From a virus, in UHGV virus genome UHGV-2201310: a stretch of 38,499 nucleotides of DNA. One strand, given 5' to 3'. The position numbers and the translations under genes are program-made. Each line of letters begins with the position of its first letter. The first letter of the stretch is position 1. The notes beneath the pieces are model-generated. The model was not told where the DNA came from. It ran no database searches and saw only the letters and a program-made list of their open reading frames with translations. Below, one piece after another: positions 9,127 to 18,647 of this stretch.

Positions 9127-9264
9127 TTATTTATCCCACCAAGTTCCGTATCTATCTATCCAGTTACACCAATCATCGACACTCCATTTTGTTGTGTCGC
9201 ATTTTGGCAATTGGCATGAATATCTACCTTCTTTGTAAAGTCGGCGTTTGATTTTCTTGAGCAT
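9127..9264 (-). CDS. hypothetical small Cys/Trp-rich protein (45 aa)
   Basis: MLKKIKRRLYKEGRYSCQLPKCDTTKWSVDDWCNWIDRYGTWWDK; GAGGTGG RBS overlapping N stop. Confidence 0.3.
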   Translation of the reverse strand: MLKKIKRRLYKEGRYSCQLPKCDTTKWSVDDWCNWIDRYGTWWDK

Positions 9265-9271
9265 GACCACC

Positions 9272-9604
9272 TCAATCGTAATAAGCTGGAATTGATTTTC
9301 CGCGTTGCTTCTGGCGGCCTGAGCAAGTCACACCCATTTCACTGCGTGGCTTGCTGTACCATGTGCGCTGATTCTTGCGCTCAATACGTTGCAGGTTGCT
9401 TTCAATCTGTTCGTGGTATTCAGCCAGCACCGTAAGGTCTATCGGATTCAGTGCGCTTTCTACTCGTGATTTCGGTTTGCGATTCAGCGAGAGAATAGGG
9501 CGGTTAACTGGTTTTGCGCTTACCCCAACCAACAGGGGATTTGCTGCTTTCCATTGAGCCTGTTTCTCTGCGCGACGTTCGCGGCGGCGTGTTTGTGCAT
9601 CCAT
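9272..9604 (-). CDS. N: antitermination protein N (lambda-type)
   Basis: MDAQTRRRERRAEKQAQWKAANPLLVGVSAKPVNRPILSLNRKPKSRVESALNPIDLTVLAEYH... near-identical to lambda N including the Arg-rich boxB-binding motif. Confidence 0.9.
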   Translation of the reverse strand: MDAQTRRRERRAEKQAQWKAANPLLVGVSAKPVNRPILSLNRKPKSRVESALNPIDLTVLAEYHEQIESNLQRIERKNQRTWYSKPRSEMGVTCSGRQKQRGKSIPAYYD

Positions 9605-9776
9605 CTGGATTCTCCTGTCAGTTAGCTTTGGTGGTGTGGTAGGTGGGAGACCCATTTCGACCTGCTTCGGCCGACTTCAATTCGGCAATAGTTCCGCAGG
9701 CCTCGCCGCTTTACGTGCGACATATTCCCATCCATGAACCCTTCACCACACCCCAAAGCCTTCTGCTTTGAATGCT

Positions 9777-9807
9777 GCCCTTCTTCAGGGCTAAATTTTT
9801 AAGAGCC
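9777..9807 (-). promoter_or_regulatory. nutL (boxA + boxB)
   Basis: Minus-strand GGCTCTTAAAAATTTA followed by GCCCTGAAGAAGGGC, matching lambda nutL boxB exactly. Confidence 0.8.
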
Positions 9808-9846
9808 TCACCTTCATGGTGGTTAGTGCGTCCTGCTGATGGCTAA

Positions 9847-9875
9847 ATAGTACGATTTGTACTTTATCGAGTCAA
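9847..9875 (-). promoter_or_regulatory. pL promoter with overlapping palindromic candidate operator
   Basis: Minus strand TTGACT-17 bp-TACTAT; perfect palindrome AGTACGATTTGTACT (9849-9863) overlaps the -10/spacer. Confidence 0.5.
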
Positions 9876-9939
9876 TACAAAATGTTCTAAATATAATTAG
9901 TTTTTTATAACGCTTTGTATTTAATGGGTTTATATTTTG

Positions 9940-9967
9940 GAAAAAGAAACCCGACGCTAAGGTCGGG
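9940..9967 (-). terminator. terminator downstream of cI
   Basis: Minus-strand hairpin CCCGACC-TTAGCG-TCGGG followed by TTTCTTTTT; corresponding lambda region is similar. Confidence 0.5.
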
Positions 9968-9999
9968 TTATTGTTGTGTGTTTTAGAGTGGTGAGGCTG

Positions 10000-10659
10000 T
10001 TAACTAAATGTCTCTTCAGGCCACTGGCTGGCGATAACTTTCCCTACTACGGAACAGCTATCATTGCATGGAATCATTGGATATTGCGGGTTTAGTGGCT
10101 GTAGGAACACCTGACCGCTATCCCTGATCAGTTTCTTGAAGGTAAACTCGTCACCACCAAGTCTGGCTATGCAGAAATCACCTGGCTCAACAGCCTGCTC
10201 AGGGTCAACGAGAATTAACATCCCGTCAGGAAAGCTTGGCTTGGATCCTGTTGGAGCGGTCATGGAATTACCTTCAACTTCAAGCCAAAACGCACAATCA
10301 CTGGCTTTTTTGGTTGTGCTGACCCATCTCTCCGCATCACCTTTGGTAAAGGTTCTAAGCTCAGGCGAGAACATCCCGGCCTGAACATGAGAAAAAACAG
10401 GGTACTCATATTGTTTTTTAACGGGGGCAGATGAGTATTCGCCAACAGGTGAAAATGTACCGTCGTGGTTGAATGAGACGTTATCAATACCAAGGTATTT
10501 AAACACCACACCAATCTCGTCAAGAGATGGATGACGAGATCCGCGCAACCAGTGACCAATTCCACCCTGCGTCATACCAAGCTCTTCAGCTAACTTCTCT
10601 TGAGTTATGCCGAGCTCTTTCATTCTGGATCTAGCCAGTTCATACCATTTCATTTTCAT
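10000..10659 (-). CDS. cI: CI-type prophage repressor (lambda-like C-terminal domain, heterologous N-terminal HTH)
   Basis: C-terminal two-thirds ([22 protein letters not shown]...[13 protein letters not shown]) is near-identical to lambda CI incl. Ala-Gly cleavage site and Ser/Lys dyad region; N-terminal ~70 aa is an unrelated XRE-type HTH. Start at MKMKWYEL chosen (alternative 10653). Confidence 0.85.
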   Translation of the reverse strand: MKMKWYELARSRMKELGITQEKLAEELGMTQGGIGHWLRGSRHPSLDEIGVVFKYLGIDNVSFNHDGTFSPVGEYSSAPVKKQYEYPVFSHVQAGMFSPELRTFTKGDAERWVSTTKKASDCAFWLEVEGNSMTAPTGSKPSFPDGMLILVDPEQAVEPGDFCIARLGGDEFTFKKLIRDSGQVFLQPLNPQYPMIPCNDSCSVVGKVIASQWPEETFS

Positions 10660-10715
10660 ACCCTTATTATTACGCTCTGTACTAAAACCATCCATGCACA
10701 AGATGTATTTTTTGT

Positions 10716-10744
10716 TTGCATTCTAAAAGTACATATCGTATTAT
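10716..10744 (+). promoter_or_regulatory. pR promoter (operator region OR lies within 10660-10770)
   Basis: TTGCAT-17 bp-TATTAT, 26 bp upstream of cro ATG. Confidence 0.5.
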
Positions 10745-10770
10745 TGTTTCATGGTTACTATGGAGGGCAT

Positions 10771-10986
10771 ATGAGCAACCTACGAAAATATCGAGAGTCA
10801 CTGAATATCTCTCAAACAACACTTGCTAAGGCGGTTGGATGCACACAGGGAGCTATTGGGCATTGGGAATCTGGTCGTCGCTTCCCAGACCTTAAAACAT
10901 GCCGCGCTCTTGTTGCATGCCTAAACAAGTTAGGCGCAAAAGTCAGTCTTGATGACGTGTTCCCTCCGGAACACAAAGCCGCTTAA
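10771..10986 (+). CDS. cro: Cro-like HTH repressor
   Basis: 71 aa XRE-type HTH protein with GGAGGG RBS, divergent from cI. Confidence 0.8.
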   Translation: MSNLRKYRESLNISQTTLAKAVGCTQGAIGHWESGRRFPDLKTCRALVACLNKLGAKVSLDDVFPPEHKAA

Positions 10987-10994
10987 GACATTCC

Positions 10995-11026
10995 CGCTCT
11001 TACACATTCCAGCCCTGAAAAAGGGC
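10995..11026 (+). promoter_or_regulatory. nutR (boxA + boxB)
   Basis: CGCTCTTACACATTCCA followed by GCCCTGAAAAAGGGC, identical to lambda nutR. Confidence 0.85.
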
Positions 11027-11105
11027 ATCAAATTAAACCACACCTATGGTGTATGCATTTATTTGCATACATTCGATCAATTGTTATCTAAGGAAATACT
11101 TACAT

Positions 11106-11384
11106 ATGCAACTTACAAGTACTCGCAAGAAAGCGAATGCAATTACAAGCAACATCCTGAATCGAATTGCTGTACGTGGTCAGCGAAAGGTTGCCGACGC
11201 GTTAGGGATTAATGAATCGCAAATTTCGCGATGGAAAGACAGCTTCATCCCAAAAATGGGAATGCTTCTGGCTGTTCTTGAATGGGGTGTTGAAGACGAG
11301 GAGTTGGCGGAACTGGCTAAGAAAGTAGCCAGAATGCTGACAAAAGAAAAAGCCCCGAAGAACGGCGAATTCTTCGAGGCCTGA
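11106..11384 (+). CDS. cII: CII transcriptional activator
   Basis: 92 aa; ...[22 protein letters not shown]...A.LA..VA..LT... matches lambda CII core. Confidence 0.8.
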   Translation: MQLTSTRKKANAITSNILNRIAVRGQRKVADALGINESQISRWKDSFIPKMGMLLAVLEWGVEDEELAELAKKVARMLTKEKAPKNGEFFEA

Positions 11385-11418
11385 TGTAGAAAGACTGGAT
11401 CAATCCACAGGAGTAATT

Positions 11419-11565
11419 ATGACAAAACAACTCAGTCCTTACCAGGACAAAATTCACAAACACATACTACGTGATCGCTTCCTGTCCAGCTTCAAGCAGC
11501 CTGGTCGATTCCGGGCTGAGTTGGAAAAAGTGAAGCTGATGCAGAAGGAGAAAGGTCATGAGTAA
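11419..11565 (+). CDS. hypothetical small protein (48 aa)
   Basis: [21 protein letters not shown]...; AGGAG-like RBS; 3' end overlaps O start. Confidence 0.3.
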   Translation: MTKQLSPYQDKIHKHILRDRFLSSFKQPGRFRAELEKVKLMQKEKGHE

Positions 11566-12418
11566 TCTTGCAACCGTAACACATTTAAGGCCTTCACAAC
11601 GGCCTGTGGAGCGTCGTGTGGCAGAAGTTGAAGATGGTTATACCCGTCTTGCAAATGCCCTGTATGAAGAGCTTATCGGCGCAGATTTAACGAAAAATCA
11701 GAGCAAGGTTGCCCACGCCATATGCCGTAAAACATACGGCTACGGTAAAAAGATGGATCGCATCTCTGATAGTCAGTTAGCTCAAATTACCAGGCTGCCA
11801 AGACAGAAGGTAAACAAGGCCAAGAATGAGCTTATCGCGATGAAGGTTATCCTTCGCGAAGGCCAGCAAATCGGGCCTAACAAGAACATCGAGGAATGGC
11901 AAATCGAAGGGTGTCACTACTCTGGTGATAATGTCACTGCATTGGTGACAAAAAGTGTCACCAAAACGGTGACAGCGCTGTCACCAAAACAGGGACACAC
12001 AAAAGAAACTATTACAAAAGAAAAAAGAAATAATAAAAACACTATGTCCGAAAGTGTTCGGACGGAGTGTGAAAAATCACCTGACCGTCACGAAGAAACC
12101 GACAAGGCATTCGAGGAAATATTCTGGTGTGCAGGCATGCGGAAAGCCGGGAAGAAAAACGCAGCTTCGGCATTCAGAACACAGTTCAGGGAATGGCGTA
12201 AAACTACCAGGGGTACGGCAAGCGAGTTTGCCACGATGCTGGCAGAAGACATCGCATGCAGGAATGGTAAGCAGTTCGGATTCGACAGGTTGTTACCATC
12301 GAGCTACCTGAACGGTCAGCGCTGGAACGACGAGAAGCCAGAAACTATTCAACCACAATCCAAACCATCATCCGCAATCACCGTATCGAAAACTGGCTAC
12401 GTATTTTTCGACAGGTGA
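11558..12418 (+). CDS. O: replication initiator (lambda O-like)
   Basis: 286 aa; position after cII; iteron-type repeats embedded in coding sequence as in lambda O. Confidence 0.75.
   Translation: MSNLATVTHLRPSQRPVERRVAEVEDGYTRLANALYEELIGADLTKNQSKVAHAICRKTYGYGKKMDRISDSQLAQITRLPRQKVNKAKNELIAMKVILREGQQIGPNKNIEEWQIEGCHYSGDNVTALVTKSVTKTVTALSPKQGHTKETITKEKRNNKNTMSESVRTECEKSPDRHEETDKAFEEIFWCAGMRKAGKKNAASAFRTQFREWRKTTRGTASEFATMLAEDIACRNGKQFGFDRLLPSSYLNGQRWNDEKPETIQPQSKPSSAITVSKTGYVFFDR
11908..12050 (+). repeat. replication origin: GTGACA/TGTCAC iterons plus AT-rich tract
   Basis: Repeats TGTCACtactctGGTGAtaaTGTCACtgcattgGTGACAaaaaGTGTCACCAAAACgGTGACAgcgcTGTCACCAAAAC followed by A-rich stretch. Confidence 0.6.
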
Positions 12419-12421
12419 ACC

Positions 12422-12529
12422 ATGAAATCAAAAATCAAATCGCTACTGGTCGCTGGTTATAACCACGGCTGGTTAAGTATTTCGTTTGTCGATTTCTGGT
12501 TTAAAAATCTCAATCTGAGGGAATCATGA
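12422..12529 (+). CDS. possible tiny ORF (35 aa) coupled between O and primase-helicase
   Basis: ATG overlapping O stop and TGA overlapping primase ATG; no strong RBS. Confidence 0.2.
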   Translation: MKSKIKSLLVAGYNHGWLSISFVDFWFKNLNLRES

Positions 12530-14406
12530 CTCCAAGTGAACTCAGTGACCTGCTTTGGGCGCAGGTTGACAGGGTGGCTCCGCACCTGTTGCCAAACGGC
12601 AAGAAAGAGGGGCATGAGTGGGTTGCCGGTAACGTCAACGGTGACAAGGGAAACAGCCTTAAGGTCAACCTTAGCGGCAAGAAAAAATGGGCTGATTTCG
12701 CTGAGGGAGACGGCGGTGACATGCTTGATTTGTGGATGGCATGTCGTGGAATTAACCTGCATCAGGCTATGCAGGAAGCGAAAGCCTTTCTCGGAATCAA
12801 GGATGACGATCACCATTTCGATGCCAAACGTGAGAAGAAATTCTCCAGACCTGACCGCAAGAAAATCGCCCGCTACGTTACCAGAACAGAATCCCATCTT
12901 GAGTACCTGCAATCGCGTGGCATATCGCCAGAAGTCGTAAAGCGCTACGAGGTTGTCAGCGGCAAGGTGTGGAATGGAGAACGAGAACTTGATGCACTGG
13001 TGCTTCCGTACAAACGCGATGGTGAGTTGTTGCAGGTCAAGCGAATCAGCACTGAGCGACCGGACGGGAAGAAAGTCATTATGGCAGAAGGTGATTGCGA
13101 ACCTTGTCTGTTCGGATGGCAGGCTCTGGACGCTGGCGTGAGGGCGGTTGTACTTTGCGAAGGCGAAATTGATTGTATGAGCTATGCGCAATACGGCATC
13201 TCGGCGTTATCCGTGCCGTTTGGTGGCGGGAAAGGCGCTAAGCAACAGTGGATTGAGTTTGAGTATCACAACCTCGACAGGTTTGAGGAAATATTCATCT
13301 CGATGGATGTTGATGATGTTGGTCGTGAAGCTGCAAGGGAAATCGCAAGCCGACTCGGTGAACATCGTTGCCGTCTTGTTACTCTGCCGTACAAAGACAT
13401 CAACGAATGCCTGATGAACGGTGTTACCGAGGATGAAATCTGGCAGTACATCGGCACGGCATCCTACTTCGATCCTGAAGAACTCTACAGCGCGCGAGAG
13501 TTTTACCAGGACACTATCAACGCTTTCTACGGCAAGCAGCAGTATCTGTTTAATCCACCGTGGGAATCTCTGGCAGATAAATTCCAGTTCCGTGAGGCCG
13601 AGTTGACGCTGGTCAATGGTGTGAACGGTCACGGAAAAACGGAGGTTGTCGGGCATATGGCACTTGAGGCAATGCGTCAGGGTGTGAAGACGTGCATCGC
13701 GTCACTTGAGCTGAAGCCAGGCATTCTCCTTAAGCGACTTACCCGTCAGGCGACGTGCTGCAAGATGCCGCCAGTGCTGGAAATTGACTCTGCATTTAAA
13801 TTTTATGACGAAAGACTTTGGGTGTTTGGCCTGACCGGAACGGCGAAAGCCGACAGGCTGATCGAAATATTCGACTACGCTCGCCGCCGATACGGCATCC
13901 AGTTATTCATCATCGACAGCCTGATGAAATGTGGCATAGGCGACGATGACTATAACGGGCAGAAGGCGTTTGTTGACTCGATTTGCGACTTCAAAAACAA
14001 AACAAACTCCCACGTCATTCTCGTTACTCACTCGCGAAAAGGAGACAGCGAAGAAAAACCAACCGGGAAAATGGACGTAAAAGGCTCTGGAGCGATAACA
14101 GACCTGACAGACAACCTTTTCATCATCTGGCGTAACAAGGCTCGCGAGAGAGCGTTACAGAGAGTTCAGAGTGGTGAAAAGATGTCAGAGAAGGACGAAC
14201 AGCTACTGGCATCTCCGGCATCTGTTTTGATGCTTGAAAAGCAACGTAACGGCGAAAGTTGGGAAGGTGGTGTCCCGTTGTTCCTTGACGAGCAATCGCA
14301 CCAGTTCCTGCAACTTGAATCAGGATCGCCATATAGCTACATCGCCAATATGCCGAAATCGGAATATGACGAGGCGTGGCGACAGGAAAACGTGACGGAG
14401 TATTAA
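12526..14406 (+). CDS. bifunctional primase-helicase (DnaB-family helicase domain)
   Basis: 626 aa; C-terminal Walker A GVNGHGKT and Walker B-like FIIDSL motifs; N-terminal half Toprim-like (VVLCEGEIDCMS..., ISMDVDDVG). Confidence 0.8.
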   Translation: MTPSELSDLLWAQVDRVAPHLLPNGKKEGHEWVAGNVNGDKGNSLKVNLSGKKKWADFAEGDGGDMLDLWMACRGINLHQAMQEAKAFLGIKDDDHHFDAKREKKFSRPDRKKIARYVTRTESHLEYLQSRGISPEVVKRYEVVSGKVWNGERELDALVLPYKRDGELLQVKRISTERPDGKKVIMAEGDCEPCLFGWQALDAGVRAVVLCEGEIDCMSYAQYGISALSVPFGGGKGAKQQWIEFEYHNLDRFEEIFISMDVDDVGREAAREIASRLGEHRCRLVTLPYKDINECLMNGVTEDEIWQYIGTASYFDPEELYSAREFYQDTINAFYGKQQYLFNPPWESLADKFQFREAELTLVNGVNGHGKTEVVGHMALEAMRQGVKTCIASLELKPGILLKRLTRQATCCKMPPVLEIDSAFKFYDERLWVFGLTGTAKADRLIEIFDYARRRYGIQLFIIDSLMKCGIGDDDYNGQKAFVDSICDFKNKTNSHVILVTHSRKGDSEEKPTGKMDVKGSGAITDLTDNLFIIWRNKARERALQRVQSGEKMSEKDEQLLASPASVLMLEKQRNGESWEGGVPLFLDEQSHQFLQLESGSPYSYIANMPKSEYDEAWRQENVTEY

Positions 14407-14482
14407 ATGACCATCTACATCACTGAGCTGATAGCAGGCCTGCTGGTAATCGCAGGCCTTTTTATTTGGGGGAGGGTAAATC

Positions 14483-14689
14483 GTGGTTGAGTTGATTTTT
14501 TCTGCATTGAGGATTCTCGGTGCTATGTGGATGGTGGCGACGTTCATTGTGGTTGCCAGCAGTTTTGTCCGGTTGGTAGGCGAAGGTAAAGACCTGGTTG
14601 GTGTGCTTTTCGGTAGCATTTTTCTGTGGGTGATTATCGGTGTTATGCCTGTTGTCGTAGCAAAAGTGGCGTGGCGTTTTGTGAGTTAA
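14483..14689 (+). CDS. small hydrophobic membrane protein
   Basis: 68 aa, two predicted TM segments; GTG start. Confidence 0.4.
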   Translation: MVELIFSALRILGAMWMVATFIVVASSFVRLVGEGKDLVGVLFGSIFLWVIIGVMPVVVAKVAWRFVS

Positions 14690-14701
14690 TCGGAGGTTAA
14701 T

Positions 14702-15118
14702 GTGAGCAAGTGCCAAAAGTGCAATAACACAGGAATGTGTGATAGCGGAGGTTCTACTCCTTGGGGAGAGCCGATTTTTATTGAATGTGACTGCCTTATG
14801 AAAGATGACGAAAGCAGATGCCAGTTTGAAGAGAGTTGGTTACGACGTGGGGGCGAATCTTCAGACCTTATCCGTTACCCTGAAAATCACCATGAAATTG
14901 GCAGTGGTGATATTGGTGGTCAATACGTGATGGACGATGTTCAAGGCCACTGGCAAACGTGGCAGGCATCGAGAGCAGCTATTGAAATTGAGCTGCAAAA
15001 GCCAAAGAAAGGCCCACTTCCCGGTGATTATCACATTGGCTATGACTCAGGTGCAGAATCGCAATACGAAAGCGATGTAGAGGCTATCCGCGCCGCTGGA
15101 ATCAAAGTGAAGGAGTGA
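14702..15118 (+). CDS. hypothetical protein with N-terminal Cys cluster
   Basis: 138 aa; CxxC...C...CxC at N-terminus, acidic C-terminal half; GTG start with GGAGG RBS. Confidence 0.5.
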   Translation: MSKCQKCNNTGMCDSGGSTPWGEPIFIECDCLMKDDESRCQFEESWLRRGGESSDLIRYPENHHEIGSGDIGGQYVMDDVQGHWQTWQASRAAIEIELQKPKKGPLPGDYHIGYDSGAESQYESDVEAIRAAGIKVKE

Positions 15119-15120
15119 GC

Positions 15121-15306
15121 ATGAGTCGACGAAGTAGCTTTTTGGGGTTTGTAATATTCCTGTCCTGCACTGGTTACATCGTAATCTGGTCAATTTCGAA
15201 CATTGACCGTGGCGGGGAATATCTCATTGTAATGTTCTTTCCTTTGTTTCTTGGGTGGTACGCCGCAAGGTTGCTGGAAGAATGGGGTTACAGGCATAAA
15301 AAATAA
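15121..15306 (+). CDS. small membrane protein
   Basis: 62 aa from ATG with AGGAG RBS; two hydrophobic segments. Confidence 0.4.
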   Translation: MSRRSSFLGFVIFLSCTGYIVIWSISNIDRGGEYLIVMFFPLFLGWYAARLLEEWGYRHKK

Positions 15307-15317
15307 AGGAGTGTTCA

Positions 15318-15728
15318 GTGAAGCAAACAATATTCCTCCGAACTAAGCAACAACAGCAAGCCGCAATCAACGCCATCCTCGCAACTCCTCTCGATAAAGA
15401 CAAGCCAGTCACCATCCGCATTACTGACTACAAGCGAAATCTTGACCAGAACGCAAAATTTCACGCGATGGTCGCAGATATCGCCAGGCAAGTTCAGTGG
15501 CGCGATAAATGGTTAAAACCAGAACAATGGAAGGTTTTGTTGATCAGCGGTCATGCAGTGGCAACAAAGCAGGAAGCTGATGTTTTGCCCGGGCTTGAAG
15601 GCGAATACGTCAACATCCGCGAAAGCAGCGCGCAGATGAGTGTGAAGCGTATGGCAAGTCTGATCGAGTACACAACAGCATGGGCTATTGGTCAGGGTGT
15701 CAGATTTACCGACAGGAGGTACGAATGA
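15318..15728 (+). CDS. ninB: NinB recombination protein
   Basis: 136 aa; ...[20 protein letters not shown]... resembles lambda NinB. Confidence 0.8.
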   Translation: MKQTIFLRTKQQQQAAINAILATPLDKDKPVTIRITDYKRNLDQNAKFHAMVADIARQVQWRDKWLKPEQWKVLLISGHAVATKQEADVLPGLEGEYVNIRESSAQMSVKRMASLIEYTTAWAIGQGVRFTDRRYE

Positions 15729-15901
15729 GACGACAGCGACGAAGTATCACAGACATAATCTGCGAAAACTGCAAATACCTTCCAACGAAACGATCCAGAA
15801 ATAAACGCAAGCCAATCCCAAAAGAATCTGACGTAAAAACCTTCAATTACACGGCTCACCTGTGGGATATCCGGTGGCTAAGACATCGTGCGAGGAAATG
15901 A
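15725..15901 (+). CDS. ninD: NinD
   Basis: [53 protein letters not shown]... matches lambda NinD from memory; ATGA coupling. Confidence 0.7.
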   Translation: MRRQRRSITDIICENCKYLPTKRSRNKRKPIPKESDVKTFNYTAHLWDIRWLRHRARK

Positions 15902-16272
15902 CAATGGATTATTCACAGTTAAGTGATTTTGAAATTAACAGAATGGTAGGAGACATAATTTTTAAAGGCCTTTGGGCATGTAAACCGGAAACGTCAGGGA
16001 ATAACACCAACAAATGGTATTACGGAAATGCTGATACAACTTTTGAGCCATTAAACCCTTTACCTGACTACTGCAATGATCCGAGCGCCTCATGGCCTGT
16101 AATCGCAAAACATCAGATCAGCATATGTGCATACGAAAGAAATAATCCTGGAATGAAGAATGAATATTGGTGGGAGGCGGATAGATTTTGTGAATTTATT
16201 ACCATAGACAACAACCCACTCCGTGCCGCCATGATTGTCTTTCTCATGATGCAGGACGCCAATAATGCTTAG
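15898..16272 (+). CDS. nin-region protein (YbcN-like)
   Basis: 124 aa, [15 protein letters not shown]...[18 protein letters not shown]; resembles E. coli prophage YbcN family as recalled. Confidence 0.5.
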   Translation: MTMDYSQLSDFEINRMVGDIIFKGLWACKPETSGNNTNKWYYGNADTTFEPLNPLPDYCNDPSASWPVIAKHQISICAYERNNPGMKNEYWWEADRFCEFITIDNNPLRAAMIVFLMMQDANNA

Positions 16273-16441
16273 CCCATCCCAATCCCTTCAATACCAGAAA
16301 GAAAGCGTCGAGCGAGCTTTAACGCGCGCTAACTGCGGTCAGAAGTTGCATGTGCTGGAAGTTCATGTGTGCTCCGATTGCTGCGCAGAACTGATGAGCG
16401 ATCCGAATAGCTCAATGTACGAGGAAGAAGACGATGGCTAA
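16265..16441 (+). CDS. ninF: NinF-like small zinc-ribbon protein
   Basis: 58 aa [40 protein letters not shown]...; below track cutoff. Confidence 0.5.
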   Translation: MLSPSQSLQYQKESVERALTRANCGQKLHVLEVHVCSDCCAELMSDPNSSMYEEEDDG

Positions 16442-17045
16442 ACCAGCGCGAAGACGATGTAAAAACGAAGAATGTCGGGAATGGTTTCACCCTGCATTTG
16501 CTAATCAGTGGTGGTGTTCTCCAGAGTGTGGAACAAAGATAGCACTCGAACGACGAAGCAAAGAACGCGAAAAAGCGGAAAAAGCAGCAGAGAAGAAACG
16601 ACGACGAGAGGAGCAGAAACAGAAAGATAAACTTAAGATTCGAAAACTCGCCTTAAAGCCCCGCAGTTACTGGATTAAACAAGCCCAACAAGCCGTAAAC
16701 GCCTTCATCAGAGAAAGAGACCGCGACTTACCATGTATCTCGTGCGGAACGCTCACGTCTGCTCAGTGGGATGCCGGACATTACCGGACAACTGCTGCGG
16801 CACCTCAACTCCGATTTGATGAACGCAATATTCACAAGCAATGCGTGGTGTGCAACCAGCACAAAAGCGGAAATCTCGTTCCGTATCGCGTCGAACTGAT
16901 TAGCCGCATCGGGCAGGAAGCAGTAGACGAAATCGAATCAAACCATAACCGCCATCGCTGGACTGTCGAAGAGTGCAGGGCCATCAAGGCGGAGTATCAG
17001 CAGAAACTCAAAGACCTGCGAAACAGCAGAAGTGAGGCCGCATGA
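16434..17045 (+). CDS. ninG: NinG/Rap recombination-associated protein
   Basis: 203 aa with Cys-rich N-terminus and KR-rich segment typical of NinG. Confidence 0.85.
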   Translation: MAKPARRRCKNEECREWFHPAFANQWWCSPECGTKIALERRSKEREKAEKAAEKKRRREEQKQKDKLKIRKLALKPRSYWIKQAQQAVNAFIRERDRDLPCISCGTLTSAQWDAGHYRTTAAAPQLRFDERNIHKQCVVCNQHKSGNLVPYRVELISRIGQEAVDEIESNHNRHRWTVEECRAIKAEYQQKLKDLRNSRSEAA

Positions 17046-17248
17046 CGTTCTCAGTAAAAACCATTCCAGACATGCTCGTTGAAGCATACGGAAACCAGAC
17101 AGAAGTAGCACGCAGACTGAAATGTAGCCGCGGCACGGTCAGAAAATACGTTGATGATAAAGACGGGAAAATGCACGCCATCGTCAACGACGTTCTTATG
17201 GTTCATCGCGGATGGAGTGAAAGAGATGCGCTATTACGAAAAAATTGA
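17042..17248 (+). CDS. ninH: NinH
   Basis: 68 aa HTH-like small protein in conserved nin position. Confidence 0.7.
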   Translation: MTFSVKTIPDMLVEAYGNQTEVARRLKCSRGTVRKYVDDKDGKMHAIVNDVLMVHRGWSERDALLRKN

Positions 17249-17891
17249 TGGCAGCAAATACCGAAATATTTGGGTAGTTGGCGATCTGCACGGATGCTAC
17301 ACGAACCTGATGAAAAAACTGGAGACGATAGGATTCGACACCAAAAAAGACCTGCTTATCTCGGTTGGCGATTTGGTCGATCGCGGTACAGAGAACGTCG
17401 AATGCCTGGAATTAATCACATTCCCCTGGTTCAGAGTTGTACGTGGAAACCATGAGCAAATGATGATTGATGGCTTATCAGAGCGTGGAAACGTCAATCA
17501 CTGGCTGCTTAATGGCGGTGGCTGGTTCTTTAATCTCGATTACGACAAAGAAATTCTGGCTAAAGCTCTTGCCCATAAAGCAGATGAACTTCCGTTAATC
17601 ATCGAACTGGTGAGCAAAGATAAAAAATATATCATCTGCCACGCCGATTATCCTTGTGACGAATACGAGTTTGGAAGGCCAGTTGATCATCAGCAGGTAA
17701 TCTGGAACCGCGAACGAATCAGCAACTCACAAGACGGGATCGTGAAAGAAATCAAAGGCGCGGACATGTTCATCTTTGGTCATACGCCCGCAGTGAAACC
17801 ACTCAAATTTGCCAACCAGATGTATATCGATACTGGGGCAGTGTTCTGCGGAAATCTCACATTGATTCAGGTACAGGGAGAAGGCGCATGA
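17226..17891 (+). CDS. ninI: Ser/Thr protein phosphatase (NinI, lambda PPase-like)
   Basis: GDLHG, GDLVDRG, GNHE metallophosphatase motifs. Confidence 0.85.
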   Translation: MRYYEKIDGSKYRNIWVVGDLHGCYTNLMKKLETIGFDTKKDLLISVGDLVDRGTENVECLELITFPWFRVVRGNHEQMMIDGLSERGNVNHWLLNGGGWFFNLDYDKEILAKALAHKADELPLIIELVSKDKKYIICHADYPCDEYEFGRPVDHQQVIWNRERISNSQDGIVKEIKGADMFIFGHTPAVKPLKFANQMYIDTGAVFCGNLTLIQVQGEGA

Positions 17892-18511
17892 GACTCGAAA
17901 GCGTAGCTAAATTTCATTCGCCAAAAAGCCCGATGATGAGCGACTCACCACGGGCTACGGCTTCTGACTCTCTTTCCGGTACTGATGTGATGGCTGCTAT
18001 GGGGATGGCGCAATCACAAGCCGGATTCGGTATGGCTGCATTCTGTGGTAAGCACGAACTCAGCCAGAATGACAAACAAAAGGCTATCAACTATCTGATG
18101 CAATTTGCACACAAGGTATCGGGGAAATACCGTGGTGTGGCAAAGCTCGAAGGAAATACTAAGGCAAAGGTACTGCAAGTGCTCGCAACATTCGCTTATG
18201 CGGATTATTGCCGTAGTGCCGCGACGCCGGGCGCAAGATGCAGAGATTGCCACGGTACAGGCCGTGCGGTTGATATAGCCAAAACAGAGCAGTGGGGGAG
18301 AGTTGTCGAGAAAGAGTGCGGAAGATGCAAAGGCGTCGGCTATTCAAGGATGCCAGCAAGCGCCGCATATCGCGCTGTAACGATGCTAATCCCAAACCTT
18401 ACTCAACCCACCTGGTCACGCACTGTTAAGCCGCTGTATGACGCTCTGGTGGTGCAATGCCACAAGGAAGAGTCAATCGCAGACAACATTTTGAATGCGG
18501 TCACACGTTAG
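17888..18511 (+). CDS. Q: late antiterminator Q (lambda-type)
   Basis: 207 aa, essentially identical to lambda Q along its length from memory. Confidence 0.9.
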   Translation: MRLESVAKFHSPKSPMMSDSPRATASDSLSGTDVMAAMGMAQSQAGFGMAAFCGKHELSQNDKQKAINYLMQFAHKVSGKYRGVAKLEGNTKAKVLQVLATFAYADYCRSAATPGARCRDCHGTGRAVDIAKTEQWGRVVEKECGRCKGVGYSRMPASAAYRAVTMLIPNLTQPTWSRTVKPLYDALVVQCHKEESIADNILNAVTR

Positions 18512-18554
18512 CAGCATGATTGCCACGGATGGCAACATATTAACGGCATGATAT

Positions 18555-18582
18555 TGACTTTTTGAATAAAGTTGGGTAAATT
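18555..18582 (+). promoter_or_regulatory. late promoter pR' (with qut)
   Basis: TTGACT-16 bp-TAAATT, same as lambda pR' sequence context. Confidence 0.6.
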
Positions 18583-18618
18583 TGACATCAACGATGGATA
18601 AATGCACTCGTTAAATAA

Positions 18619-18647
18619 AGCCCTGAGTTAATATCTCGGGGCTTTTT
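18619..18647 (+). terminator. tR'-like rho-independent terminator
   Basis: Hairpin AGCCCTGAG-loop-CTCGGGGCT followed by TTTTT, about 50-60 nt after pR'. Confidence 0.55.

Noticed and set aside
9604-10000. Searched for rexA/rexB- or sieB-like exclusion genes between N and cI
   Set aside because: Only about 400 bp of promoter/nut/terminator sequence is present; no ORF of suitable size.
10600-10770. Long N-terminal extension of cro in the ORF track (start at 10600) and cI start at 10701
   Set aside because: These extensions would run through the divergent promoter/operator region; starts with good RBSs at 10771 (cro) and 10659/10653 (cI) are preferred.
11908-11995. Repetitive VT/KT-rich protein segment in O as a protein-level repeat
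   Set aside because: It is the translation of the DNA iterons of the origin embedded in O, as in lambda.
12457-13191. 244-aa minus-strand ORF
   Set aside because: Lies entirely antisense to the primase-helicase gene, has no RBS, and its protein has no recognisable features; treated as a chance ORF.
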